Of a stretch of DNA of 64,000 nt, positions 19,028-26,880 are shown piece after piece; within the stretch, counting starts at the first letter, position 1; each line of letters opens with the position of its first letter. Both the position numbers and the translations under genes were made by a program. The stretch lies in contig VXNF01000108.1 of assembly GCA_009840735.1 (NCBI GenBank), forward strand, positions 10,757-74,756, in the 5' to 3' direction. The notes under the pieces were generated by a model. That model was not told where the DNA came from. It ran no database searches and was given only the letters and a program-made list of their open reading frames with translations. The stretch is from Acidimicrobiia bacterium (GTDB taxonomy: Bacteria; Actinomycetota; Acidimicrobiia; Acidimicrobiales; CATQHL01).

Positions 19028-19311
19028 GCCGACCCCTCGGAGACAGCGTCGAGCGGTCGCTGACCCTTCAACTCGGGCTGAGGCGACCGCAGCCAGGTGC
19101 GCGCCGGGCGGTCCGGCATCGCTTGGCGGGCGAGATCCACGACCGCTCGCAGTTCTAACAGCCGCTTCTCCACTTCTCTGCGGACGGTGTCGCTCCGATA
19201 GCGCCAGCGCAGCACCTCTCGCCGGCTGGTCCGTGTGACCTGCGCCAAGTCTCCGACAGTCAGCACCCCGCCGGCGCACACGTCGTCCAGCAGCGATCGG
19301 ATCGTCGTCAT
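18964..19311 (-). CDS. Xre-like HTH + DUF2384-type antitoxin-like protein (ParS/MbcA family-like), no adjacent RES toxin
   Basis: 115 aa from ATG 19311. HTH LTVGDLAQVTRTSRREVLRW. C-terminus TWLRSPQPELKGQRPLDAVSEGSAYLVIDLLRAL matches the DUF2384 pattern from memory. Confidence 0.55.
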   Translation of the reverse strand: MTTIRSLLDDVCAGGVLTVGDLAQVTRTSRREVLRWRYRSDTVRREVEKRLLELRAVVDLARQAMPDRPARTWLRSPQPELKGQRPLDAVSEGSAYLVIDLLRALVEAAAEAATE

Positions 19312-19611
19312 CGTGGCGGTCCTCCTCGGGGCGGCGGGCCGTGGTGTCGGGCATACGTTGGCACAGATTCGATCCTGCCAGGCGCCGCGCGGCACGAAGC
19401 GGCCGGGGCGGCGGTCACGCCGAGAGACAGAGGCAAGGACAAACCAACAGACAGCACACAGGACACTCATTGATCCTGGTGACGAGGCGTCTCGTAGAGA
19501 AGATGCTCCATATGTCGGTCAGACAACGCTGTGAGCAGGTATTATAGTCTGTCGAACTGCTCATTGCGAGGTCACTAGCGTGGACAGAGAGTTTGGAGTT
19601 GACTACAGGAT

Positions 19612-20805
19612 GTGACCATGTATGATGCCGCAATGAGGCAATATCAGCGTACACACCCCTGGATCACTTTCGAGACGATAGCGCCCGACAGGCTCGGTCC
19701 GCGGACCTGGATGCTGCTCGGTGAGGCCCGCGCCGCCTGTTCGATGCTGGCCAGGCTTCCGCTCCAGCCGGCCGTGGCCCGGGAGATGTACACGGTCGCT
19801 CTGACGCGCGGCGCCCAAGCCACCACCGCTATTGAAGGCAACACGCTTACCGTCGAGCAGGTCCGCGGCATTCTGACCGGCGACTTCACGGCTCCCCCGT
19901 CGCGAGCCTATCAGGAGCGGGAGGTTCGCAACGTCCTCGAGGCATTGCAGGGGATCTCTGAGCAGGCGCAAGGTGGGTCGGTTCCGCAGATCACCCGGGC
20001 GTTGATCTGCGACTACAACCGACAGATTCTCGAAGGCACCGAGCGTCCGGCGGATGTGGTGCCCGGCTCGGTGCGCCGCCACATGGTCGGGGTGGGTCGC
20101 TACGCAGGCGCCCCGGCGGAGGACTGCGAATACCTGCTGGAGCGTCTGGCGGGCTGGCTGAACAGCGAGGCGTTCCGGTCGGAAGACCCGGCTGTGCAGT
20201 TCGCGGGGCACTTCCTGGCGGCTGTCTGCGCGCACGTCTATATCGCTTGGATACACCCGTTTGCCGACGGGAACGGCCGCACGGCGAGGCTCTTGGAGTT
20301 CACCATTCTGGCGCGCTCGGGGACGCTGCCGCTGCTAGCGGCCCACCTGCTCTCAGACCACTACAACCTCACGCGTGACCGCTATTACCAGGAGTTAGCC
20401 GCATCCAGCGCCCAGAGTTCGGTGGCCGGATTCGTGGCCTATGCAGTCGAAGGATTCGTCGACGGGCTCAGAGCCAAGCACGAGCAGGTGCTTGAGCAGC
20501 AGCTTCGAGTTACGTGGACAAACTTCGTGCAGGAGCGGTTGGCAGACGGTCCGGCAACCCCGAGTCGGGACCGCCGCCAAGCCTTGGTCCTCGGCATGGC
20601 ACCCGGCGTGATTCACTCGCGGACCGAGCTGGCGACGCTGAATACGCCCGTCACGGCGCTGTACGCGAGGGTGGGGCCCAAGACGCTCAGCCGGGATCTG
20701 AACCAGTTGGTGGACATGGGCCTCGTCGTCAAGGAGGAGGGCGGCTGGCGGGCCAACGTGGACGTGCTGGCAGCGTTCCTACCTCCGAGCGGCACCACGG
20801 ATTGA
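19612..20805 (+). CDS. Fic/DOC family protein (Fido domain) with N-terminal inhibitory helix and C-terminal wHTH
   Basis: Fic motif HPFADGNGRTARLL. Auto-inhibition motif TTAIEGN ([ST]xxxE[GN]). AT-rich upstream region. Confidence 0.9.
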   Translation: MTMYDAAMRQYQRTHPWITFETIAPDRLGPRTWMLLGEARAACSMLARLPLQPAVAREMYTVALTRGAQATTAIEGNTLTVEQVRGILTGDFTAPPSRAYQEREVRNVLEALQGISEQAQGGSVPQITRALICDYNRQILEGTERPADVVPGSVRRHMVGVGRYAGAPAEDCEYLLERLAGWLNSEAFRSEDPAVQFAGHFLAAVCAHVYIAWIHPFADGNGRTARLLEFTILARSGTLPLLAAHLLSDHYNLTRDRYYQELAASSAQSSVAGFVAYAVEGFVDGLRAKHEQVLEQQLRVTWTNFVQERLADGPATPSRDRRQALVLGMAPGVIHSRTELATLNTPVTALYARVGPKTLSRDLNQLVDMGLVVKEEGGWRANVDVLAAFLPPSGTTD

Positions 20806-20903
20806 TCCCTGCCGAAGCGTCCGCCCCCCACGACGTTCGCCATCCCAATCGTCCGCGCCCCCAATCGCTTGCGCATGGCAGGCTCGCTGCATGGCGCACA
20901 CGA

Positions 20904-22205
20904 CTACGACCGCGAGCGGCTGAGCGGGTCGCTCGGGGGCTGGGCGACGAGGTGCGGGTTCGGGACGTGGCCGATCAGGGTGTAGGGGTTGAGGAACTGT
21001 CTGCCCCATAGGGCGCTGCGTTCGGCTCGCGTCAGTTCGGATCGGTCGCAGACGGTATGCCAGTTGGCGCGGATGGTGTCGATTTGGTGGTCCACGAGAG
21101 CGGCTGCCTCCTCACCCGCGAGCCTGTAGGTGTGGGCGTGGTCGACGCACCGGGCGACTTGGCTGGCGCGGTCGCCGTTGTTGCCGAACGCCATCGCCTG
21201 TTCGGCGCCGACGCCGAAACCGACTTGGGGGCAGATGTCGAAGGCGGGTGTCAAGGTGAGCGATCGTCCGTCCCAGAACGCGGCGTGATTCTTCGCGTGG
21301 TCGTCGGTGTTGCCGCAGAGGATGCTGAAGGTGATGCGGGCGAACAATTCCCGCATGGTTTTGGTCGGTTCGGCGAATCGGGCTCTGATCTCTTCGGCCA
21401 AGCGGGGGTAGCTGTCTTCTGCGGTCCCTCCCGGTTCTTCGGCGGCGCGGTTCTGCAGCAGGGTCCTGGCGGAGACGACGAGCCTTCGACCGTCGCCTGG
21501 CGTCCTGTCGAATCGCTCAACGAGCAGCACCTGTCGGCCAGCGACTCGTTGAAGTGAGACAGACGCGACCTCGATGCCCGCTTCCCGGGCCAGGAGCATG
21601 GCGACGTGCTCACCTTGGATGGCCGGGTCACTGTCCCGGACGGAAGGGAACTTGGCGAGGAACCCGAACTGCCCGCCCGTGATCAGGGCCTTCGGTCGAG
21701 CGCCGCCGGCCGATGTGCTCTGCAGCAGTGCTCGCCGGAGAACGTCCCGCAGCGGCAGGCCTTGCTCAACCCGCTGCGCCGCCTCGGCAAGGTCCTCGAT
21801 GTTCGCTTCGTCGCCGCAGCGGGGGGCGTATGCGTCGGCGTCGTGCTGCAGGTCGAGCGCTCCGATTCGATTGGAAGCGGATTCGAGCAGGTAGCCGAGG
21901 CTGCTGAGTCCGCCGTGCTCGAGCTCGAGGCGACGTTCGATGACGCGGCGGCCCCACGAGTCGGGGCCCGCGTCTGCGATGCATCCGGGCACATCGTCGC
22001 GGGTCAGCACTTCATCTTCCTGCAGCGGCAGGTCCGGGAGGCTGAGGGCGATGGCATCGTGGCGCGCCAGATAGCTCTGGCCGTAGACGAAACTCATTCG
22101 CGGTCCGCGGTCTGTGAGCCGGGCGGCGACAACCGGGTCGCCGGCGCCTGGCAACCAGATCCAGACGAATGCCTGAGGCGGTCGGCGGCGGGCCTCAGAA
22201 ATCAT
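20904..22205 (-). CDS. hipA: HipA-family type II toxin Ser/Thr kinase
   Basis: 433 aa. GGARPKALI (P-loop-like), catalytic NTDDHAKNHAAF, HipA N-terminal coupling region. Confidence 0.85.
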   Translation of the reverse strand: MISEARRRPPQAFVWIWLPGAGDPVVAARLTDRGPRMSFVYGQSYLARHDAIALSLPDLPLQEDEVLTRDDVPGCIADAGPDSWGRRVIERRLELEHGGLSSLGYLLESASNRIGALDLQHDADAYAPRCGDEANIEDLAEAAQRVEQGLPLRDVLRRALLQSTSAGGARPKALITGGQFGFLAKFPSVRDSDPAIQGEHVAMLLAREAGIEVASVSLQRVAGRQVLLVERFDRTPGDGRRLVVSARTLLQNRAAEEPGGTAEDSYPRLAEEIRARFAEPTKTMRELFARITFSILCGNTDDHAKNHAAFWDGRSLTLTPAFDICPQVGFGVGAEQAMAFGNNGDRASQVARCVDHAHTYRLAGEEAAALVDHQIDTIRANWHTVCDRSELTRAERSALWGRQFLNPYTLIGHVPNPHLVAQPPSDPLSRSRS

Positions 22206-22521
22206 TGTCCACTCGCGGGTGGCGGACGGCGTCGGGCAGAACGGTCAGCCGGGTCGTGAGGTATTCGGCCTCTTGCGCGCGCCGCTGCCGATCCTCGCCG
22301 AACAGCGCCACGCCGACAATGGTGGCGACTTCGAAGGCGGTCCCGAGAGCGACGGTCGGGTCGCCGCGTTCCACCTTGCGGACCGTGGTGAGAGACACTC
22401 CCACCCGTTCGGCCACTTCGGCGGCCCGCATCCGCCGCTCGCGGCGGGCGGCTCGCACCCTGAGGGCGAACAGGCCCAAGGCTTCGCGGCTGGCTGCTGA
22501 GAACTCCCGGTGGCGATGCAT
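22195..22521 (-). CDS. hipB: XRE-family HTH antitoxin, HipB-like
   Basis: HTH MRAAEVAERVGVSLTTVRKVERG. 11-nt overlap with hipA. Confidence 0.75.
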   Translation of the reverse strand: MHRHREFSAASREALGLFALRVRAARRERRMRAAEVAERVGVSLTTVRKVERGDPTVALGTAFEVATIVGVALFGEDRQRRAQEAEYLTTRLTVLPDAVRHPRVDNDF

Positions 22522-22577
22522 ACTGCTAGTATATGAGCAATATTATAGTGTCGATCCTAATATATTAGCAGGTAGCG
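22522..22577. promoter_or_regulatory. AT-rich divergent intergenic region between hipB and the helicase gene, with short palindromes
   Basis: actgctagtatatgagcaatattatagtgtcgatcctaatatattagcagg. Palindromes aatatt and taatatatta (22558-22567). Stands out from the GC-rich surroundings. Confidence 0.35.
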
Positions 22578-25500
22578 GTGGTCCCGCACGCCGATGAGCC
22601 CACGCTGATGAGCGCCGAGGGCGGATCGCACGGGCGGGCTCTACGCTCGAATCTTGTGGCCCGGTTGGAGGACTTGACGAAAGGCGTCCGCGTGCGGGGG
22701 GTGACTCCGACCGGGCCGGTGACGGTCATCGACGCCGACTGGATGGGCGCCGACGCGCTGACCCTCACCTACGAGGACAGCAGCGGGGCCACCGACCGCG
22801 AGGTCCTCTACCGCTCCAACGAGGAGGACCTGGAGTGGGCCGACGATGGCCGCCGCTGGTCGCTGGACGCCGATCCGGCGCTGTTCAAGCTGGTCTCCGA
22901 GGCGAAGCGCATCTCCCTCGCCTACCTGTTCGACCCGTACCTGGCCACCGAGACGAGCGACATCGAGGTGCTGCCGCATCAGATCGAGGCGGTCTACGCC
23001 GACATGCTGCCCCTTCGGCCGCTGCGTTTCCTGCTGGCCGACGACCCCGGTGCCGGCAAGACGATCATGGCCGGACTGCTCATCAAGGAGCTCATGGTGC
23101 GCGGCGACCTGGGGCGGTGCCTGATCGTCGTGCCCGGCGGGCTGGCCGAGCAGTGGCAGGACGAGCTGGGCGAGAAGTTCGGCTTGGAGTTCGAGTTGCT
23201 GAGCCGCGAGATGGTGGAGGCGTCCCGCTCCGGCAACCCCCTCCTCGAGCGCCCGCTGCTGGTGGCCCGCCTCGACATGCTGGCCCGCAACGACGATCTG
23301 CAAGCCCGGCTGGCGCAGACCGAATGGGACCTCGTCGTGGTGGATGAGGCCCACAAGATGTCGGCCTCGTTCCAGGGCGCCGAGGTGCGCGAGACCAAGC
23401 GCTACCGCCTCGGACGCCAGCTCGAACGGGTCGCCCGTCACTTCGTGCTGATGACCGCCACCCCCCACAACGGCAAGCCGGAGGACTTCCAGCTGTTCAT
23501 GGCGCTGCTCGACGGCGACCGCTTCGCCGGCAAGTTCCGCAAGGGGACTCACAGCGACGAACCGCCCCGCGACCTCATGCGTCGCATGGTCAAGGAGGAG
23601 CTGCTGCGCTTCGACGGGACGCCCCTGTTCCCCGAGCGGGTGGCGACCACGGCCAAGTACCCGCTGAGCGACGGCGAGAGCGAGCTCTACGAGCAGGTGA
23701 CCGAGTACGTCCGCAGCGGGATGAACCGGGCGGAGCGGCTGCGAGCCGAGGGGCAGGGCGGGCGCTCGGCGGTGGTGGGTTTCGCCCTCACGATCCTGCA
23801 GCGGCGCTTGGCGTCGTCCCCGCTGGCGATCTGGCGGTCGATCCAGCGCCGCCGCGCCCGGCTGGGCGCCCGGCTCGTCGAGGTGCGGGACATGCGAGCC
23901 GCCTTGGAGGTGACGCAGGTTCCCGCCGGCTACCAGCCAGACGACTTCGGCCACTTCGAGCGCGACTTCGAGCCCGATGATCTGCTGGGAAGCGAGGTGG
24001 AGGAGGTCGAGACCGAGATCCTCGACGCGGCGACCGCCGCCCGCACCGTCGAGGAGCTGGAGGCCGAGATCGCCGACCTCAGCCGCCTCGAGGAGCTGGC
24101 CGAGACGGTGTATCGGTCCGGCGCCGACCGCAAGTGGGAGGAGCTGGCCGGACTGCTGCAGAACACGCCGGAGATGCGCGACGCCGCGGGGCGCCGCCAC
24201 AAGCTGATCGTCTTTACCGAGCACCGCGACACGCTCGAATACCTGCAAGCCAAGCTGGCCGGCCTGCTGGGGAGGTCCGCAGCGGTCGTCGCCATCCACG
24301 GCGGCGTGAAGCGGGACGAGCGCCGCAAGGTGCAGGACCGGTTCACCCAGGACGCGGAGGTGACGATCCTGGTGGCGACCGACGCAGCCGGGGAGGGCCT
24401 CAACCTGCAGCGCGCCCACCTGATGGTGAACTACGACCTTCCCTGGAACCCCAACCGCATCGAGCAGCGCTTCGGGCGCATCCATCGCATCGGCCAGACT
24501 GACACCTGCCGCCTGTGGAACCTGGTGGCCGACGGCACCCGCGAGGGGACGGTGTTCGAGCGGTTGCTCACGAAGCTGGAGGAGCAGCGCCGCGCCCTCG
24601 GCGGGAAAGTCTTCGACGTCTTGGGCGAGGCGTTCTCCGACCGGTCGCTGCGGCAGCTGCTGATCGACGCCATCTGCAGCGAGGACCCGGTGCTGCAACG
24701 GGTGCGGATGGAGGCCGTGATCGACGGCACCGTCGGCGCCCGCACGCAGGAACTCATCGACGCCCAGTCGCTGCTCAGCGACGTTCTGGCGCCGGAGCGC
24801 ACCGCAGGCATCCGCGACGAGTTGGAGCGCGCCCGCGCCCGCAAGCTCCAGCCCGGTTTCGTGCGCAGCTTCTTCCTCGCTGCCCTGGCGCGACTCGGCG
24901 GGCGCGCCGCTGAGCGGGAGGCCGGCCGGTATCAGGTTGTCGGCGTGCCCGCGGCGCTGCGCAGCTGGGACAGCGCCAACCGGCGTGGCCGGCTGCTGCG
25001 GAACTACGAGCGGATCTGCTTTGAGCACGACCACGTGTCGGTGCCTGGCCGGCCGGTGGCGGATCTCCTGGCGCCGGGCCATCCGCTGCTCGACGCTGCC
25101 GTCGGGGTGACCCTGGAGCGCCACGGCGAGGTGCTGCAGCAGGGAACTGTGCTCATCGATCCGCAGGACTGGACGGAGACGCCGCGGCTGCTGGTGTTCC
25201 TCGAGCACGAGATCGTCGACGGCACCACGCTTCGCGACGGTCGCCGCCAGGTGGTCTCCCGACGCTTGGAGTACGTGGAGATCACCGAGACGGGCGACGT
25301 GGCCAGCGCCGGGCGGGATCCTCACATCGACCTGCGGGCCCCCGACGCCGACGAGCAGGTGTTGCTGGCGCCGCTGGCGGAGGCCGACTGGGTGATAGCC
25401 GGCCTCGAGACGACGGCCCTGCGCCACGCCGGCGAGCACAACGCGCCGCGACACCTCACCGAAGTGCAGGACCGGGTGCGGTGGCGGGTGGGGCGCACCC

Positions 25501-26174
25501 TCGAAGCCGTCGAGAGCCGCCTCACCGAGGAGATCCGCTACTGGGGCGCCGAGGCCCTGCGGCTGAAGGACAAGGAACTGGCCGGACAGAGCGGCGCCCG
25601 GCTCAACTCAGCCCTCGCCGGTCGCCGGGCCGACGAGGCCACCGAGCGCCTGCAACGCCGCCGAGCCGAGTTGGTTCTGCAAGCCAAGCTCTCGGTGCGG
25701 CGGCCCCGCGTCGTCGGCGGCGCCCTCGTGGTGCCCGCCGGCCTCGTGGTCAAGCTGGCAGGGACCGAAGTGCCCGACCACGCGCACGACACGGTGCGAA
25801 CCGAGAAGCTGGCCGTGGCCGCGGTGCTCGCCGTCGAGCGGGAGCTAGGGCGAGACCCTGTCGAGATGGCTCACAACAACGAGGGCTACGACGTCGAGAC
25901 CCGCGGCGACGACGGCCGCCTGCTGTTCATCGAGGTCAAGGGCCGGGTGGCGGGCGCCGACCTCTTCACGATCACCAACCGGGAACTCAACTACGGCCTG
26001 AACAACGCCGAACGTCACATCCTGGCCCTCGTGCGCGTCGAAGAGGACGACACCACCACCGTCCGCTACCTCTACGACCCGTTCGGCGGCCGGGAGCCTG
26101 CGCCCAGCGCCGCCGAGTACGACCGCCGCCTCTCCTGGGACACCTACTGGAACCTCGCCGAAGCGCCTCGGTGA
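22578..26174 (+). CDS. SNF2/DEAH-box superfamily-2 helicase with C-terminal DUF3883-like PD-(D/E)xK nuclease module
   Basis: Motif I DDPGAGKT, II VVVDEAHKM, III LMTATPHNG, VI QRFGRIHRIGQ. C-terminus NNEGYDVET...LLFIEVKG...HILALV. Alternative start ATG at 22608. Confidence 0.9.
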   Translation: MVPHADEPTLMSAEGGSHGRALRSNLVARLEDLTKGVRVRGVTPTGPVTVIDADWMGADALTLTYEDSSGATDREVLYRSNEEDLEWADDGRRWSLDADPALFKLVSEAKRISLAYLFDPYLATETSDIEVLPHQIEAVYADMLPLRPLRFLLADDPGAGKTIMAGLLIKELMVRGDLGRCLIVVPGGLAEQWQDELGEKFGLEFELLSREMVEASRSGNPLLERPLLVARLDMLARNDDLQARLAQTEWDLVVVDEAHKMSASFQGAEVRETKRYRLGRQLERVARHFVLMTATPHNGKPEDFQLFMALLDGDRFAGKFRKGTHSDEPPRDLMRRMVKEELLRFDGTPLFPERVATTAKYPLSDGESELYEQVTEYVRSGMNRAERLRAEGQGGRSAVVGFALTILQRRLASSPLAIWRSIQRRRARLGARLVEVRDMRAALEVTQVPAGYQPDDFGHFERDFEPDDLLGSEVEEVETEILDAATAARTVEELEAEIADLSRLEELAETVYRSGADRKWEELAGLLQNTPEMRDAAGRRHKLIVFTEHRDTLEYLQAKLAGLLGRSAAVVAIHGGVKRDERRKVQDRFTQDAEVTILVATDAAGEGLNLQRAHLMVNYDLPWNPNRIEQRFGRIHRIGQTDTCRLWNLVADGTREGTVFERLLTKLEEQRRALGGKVFDVLGEAFSDRSLRQLLIDAICSEDPVLQRVRMEAVIDGTVGARTQELIDAQSLLSDVLAPERTAGIRDELERARARKLQPGFVRSFFLAALARLGGRAAEREAGRYQVVGVPAALRSWDSANRRGRLLRNYERICFEHDHVSVPGRPVADLLAPGHPLLDAAVGVTLERHGEVLQQGTVLIDPQDWTETPRLLVFLEHEIVDGTTLRDGRRQVVSRRLEYVEITETGDVASAGRDPHIDLRAPDADEQVLLAPLAEADWVIAGLETTALRHAGEHNAPRHLTEVQDRVRWRVGRTLEAVESRLTEEIRYWGAEALRLKDKELAGQSGARLNSALAGRRADEATERLQRRRAELVLQAKLSVRRPRVVGGALVVPAGLVVKLAGTEVPDHAHDTVRTEKLAVAAVLAVERELGRDPVEMAHNNEGYDVETRGDDGRLLFIEVKGRVAGADLFTITNRELNYGLNNAERHILALVRVEEDDTTTVRYLYDPFGGREPAPSAAEYDRRLSWDTYWNLAEAPR

Positions 26175-26191
26175 GGGGCTCAGGTTTACCG

Positions 26192-26214
26192 TTACCGCGG
26201 CAACACCGCGGTAA
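26192..26214. promoter_or_regulatory. Perfect palindrome ttaccgcgg-N5-ccgcggtaa (putative MazE operator), followed by a tatact -10-like box
   Basis: Read directly. Lies 20-43 nt upstream of the mazE GTG (26235). Confidence 0.4.
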
Positions 26215-26234
26215 TACCGGGTTATACTGATGTT

Positions 26235-26468
26235 GTGAAAGTCGCCGTATCAATCCCGGATCCCCTCTTCCGCCGTGCGGAGCGATCGGCGCGTCGCCGG
26301 AAGATGTCGCGCTCGCAGCTGTACGCGTTCGCGCTCGAACAGATCGTGGATCGCGAGGGTGACAGCGAGATCACCGATCAGCTCAACGCCGTGTATGCGG
26401 ACCACGACTCCCGACTGGATCCCGGCCTGGCGGCTGCGCAGGCCGAAGCCGTGCGCGAGCAGTGGTGA
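26235..26468 (+). CDS. mazE: Ribbon-helix-helix (CopG/MazE-like) antitoxin
   Basis: 77 aa. KVAVSIPDPLFRRAE...MSRSQLYAFALEQ is a typical RHH strand plus helices. Sits directly upstream of mazF. Confidence 0.75.
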   Translation: MKVAVSIPDPLFRRAERSARRRKMSRSQLYAFALEQIVDREGDSEITDQLNAVYADHDSRLDPGLAAAQAEAVREQW

Positions 26469-26480
26469 GCGGGCCCGAGG

Positions 26481-26831
26481 GTGCTGAGACGCGGCGACAT
26501 CTGTTGGGCGAACCTGCCAGAACCGGTGGGATCCGAGCCGGGATACCGCCGCCCGGTTCTGATCGTCTCCGCGGACGCCTTCAATGACAGCAGAATCAAC
26601 ACGGTGGTCGCGCTGGCGATCTCGTCCAACCTGGCCCTCGCCGATGCGCCTGGCAACGTGGAACTGCCTGCGGCGGACTCCGGGCTGGTTCGCGACTCGG
26701 TCGCGAACGTCACACAAGTCGTGACTCTCGACAAGGCCCAGGTGCGAGAGTGGGTCGGCAGCGCGGGCACCGAGTTGATGCGCCGGGTTGAGGCCGGCCT
26801 GCGCCTCGTCCTGCAACTCGAAGCAGGCTGA
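26481..26831 (+). CDS. mazF: MazF/PemK family endoribonuclease toxin
   Basis: RGDICWANLPEPVGSEPGYRRPVLIVS...VVALAISS...QVVTLDK matches the PemK pattern. Confidence 0.85.
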   Translation: MLRRGDICWANLPEPVGSEPGYRRPVLIVSADAFNDSRINTVVALAISSNLALADAPGNVELPAADSGLVRDSVANVTQVVTLDKAQVREWVGSAGTELMRRVEAGLRLVLQLEAG

Positions 26832-26880
26832 CAGCGAGGAGCCGTGGACTCGCCGCTAGTCCGGTGCCGGAGCAAGGCGC

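Noticed and set aside
19312-19611. The island boundaries (19.3-19.6 kb and 43.22-43.28 kb) searched for a tRNA gene or att-type direct repeats
   Set aside because: I could identify by eye no cloverleaf-compatible sequence and no shared repeat of 12 nt or more between the two edges. A computed repeat search would be needed to exclude short att sites.
22641-25454. 937-aa ORF antisense to the SNF2 helicase gene
   Set aside because: Its composition is Arg/Ala/Gly/Pro/His-rich with no recognisable motifs. It lies fully within a gene whose sense strand carries all helicase motifs. This is the typical shadow ORF of GC-rich DNA, where stop codons are rare.
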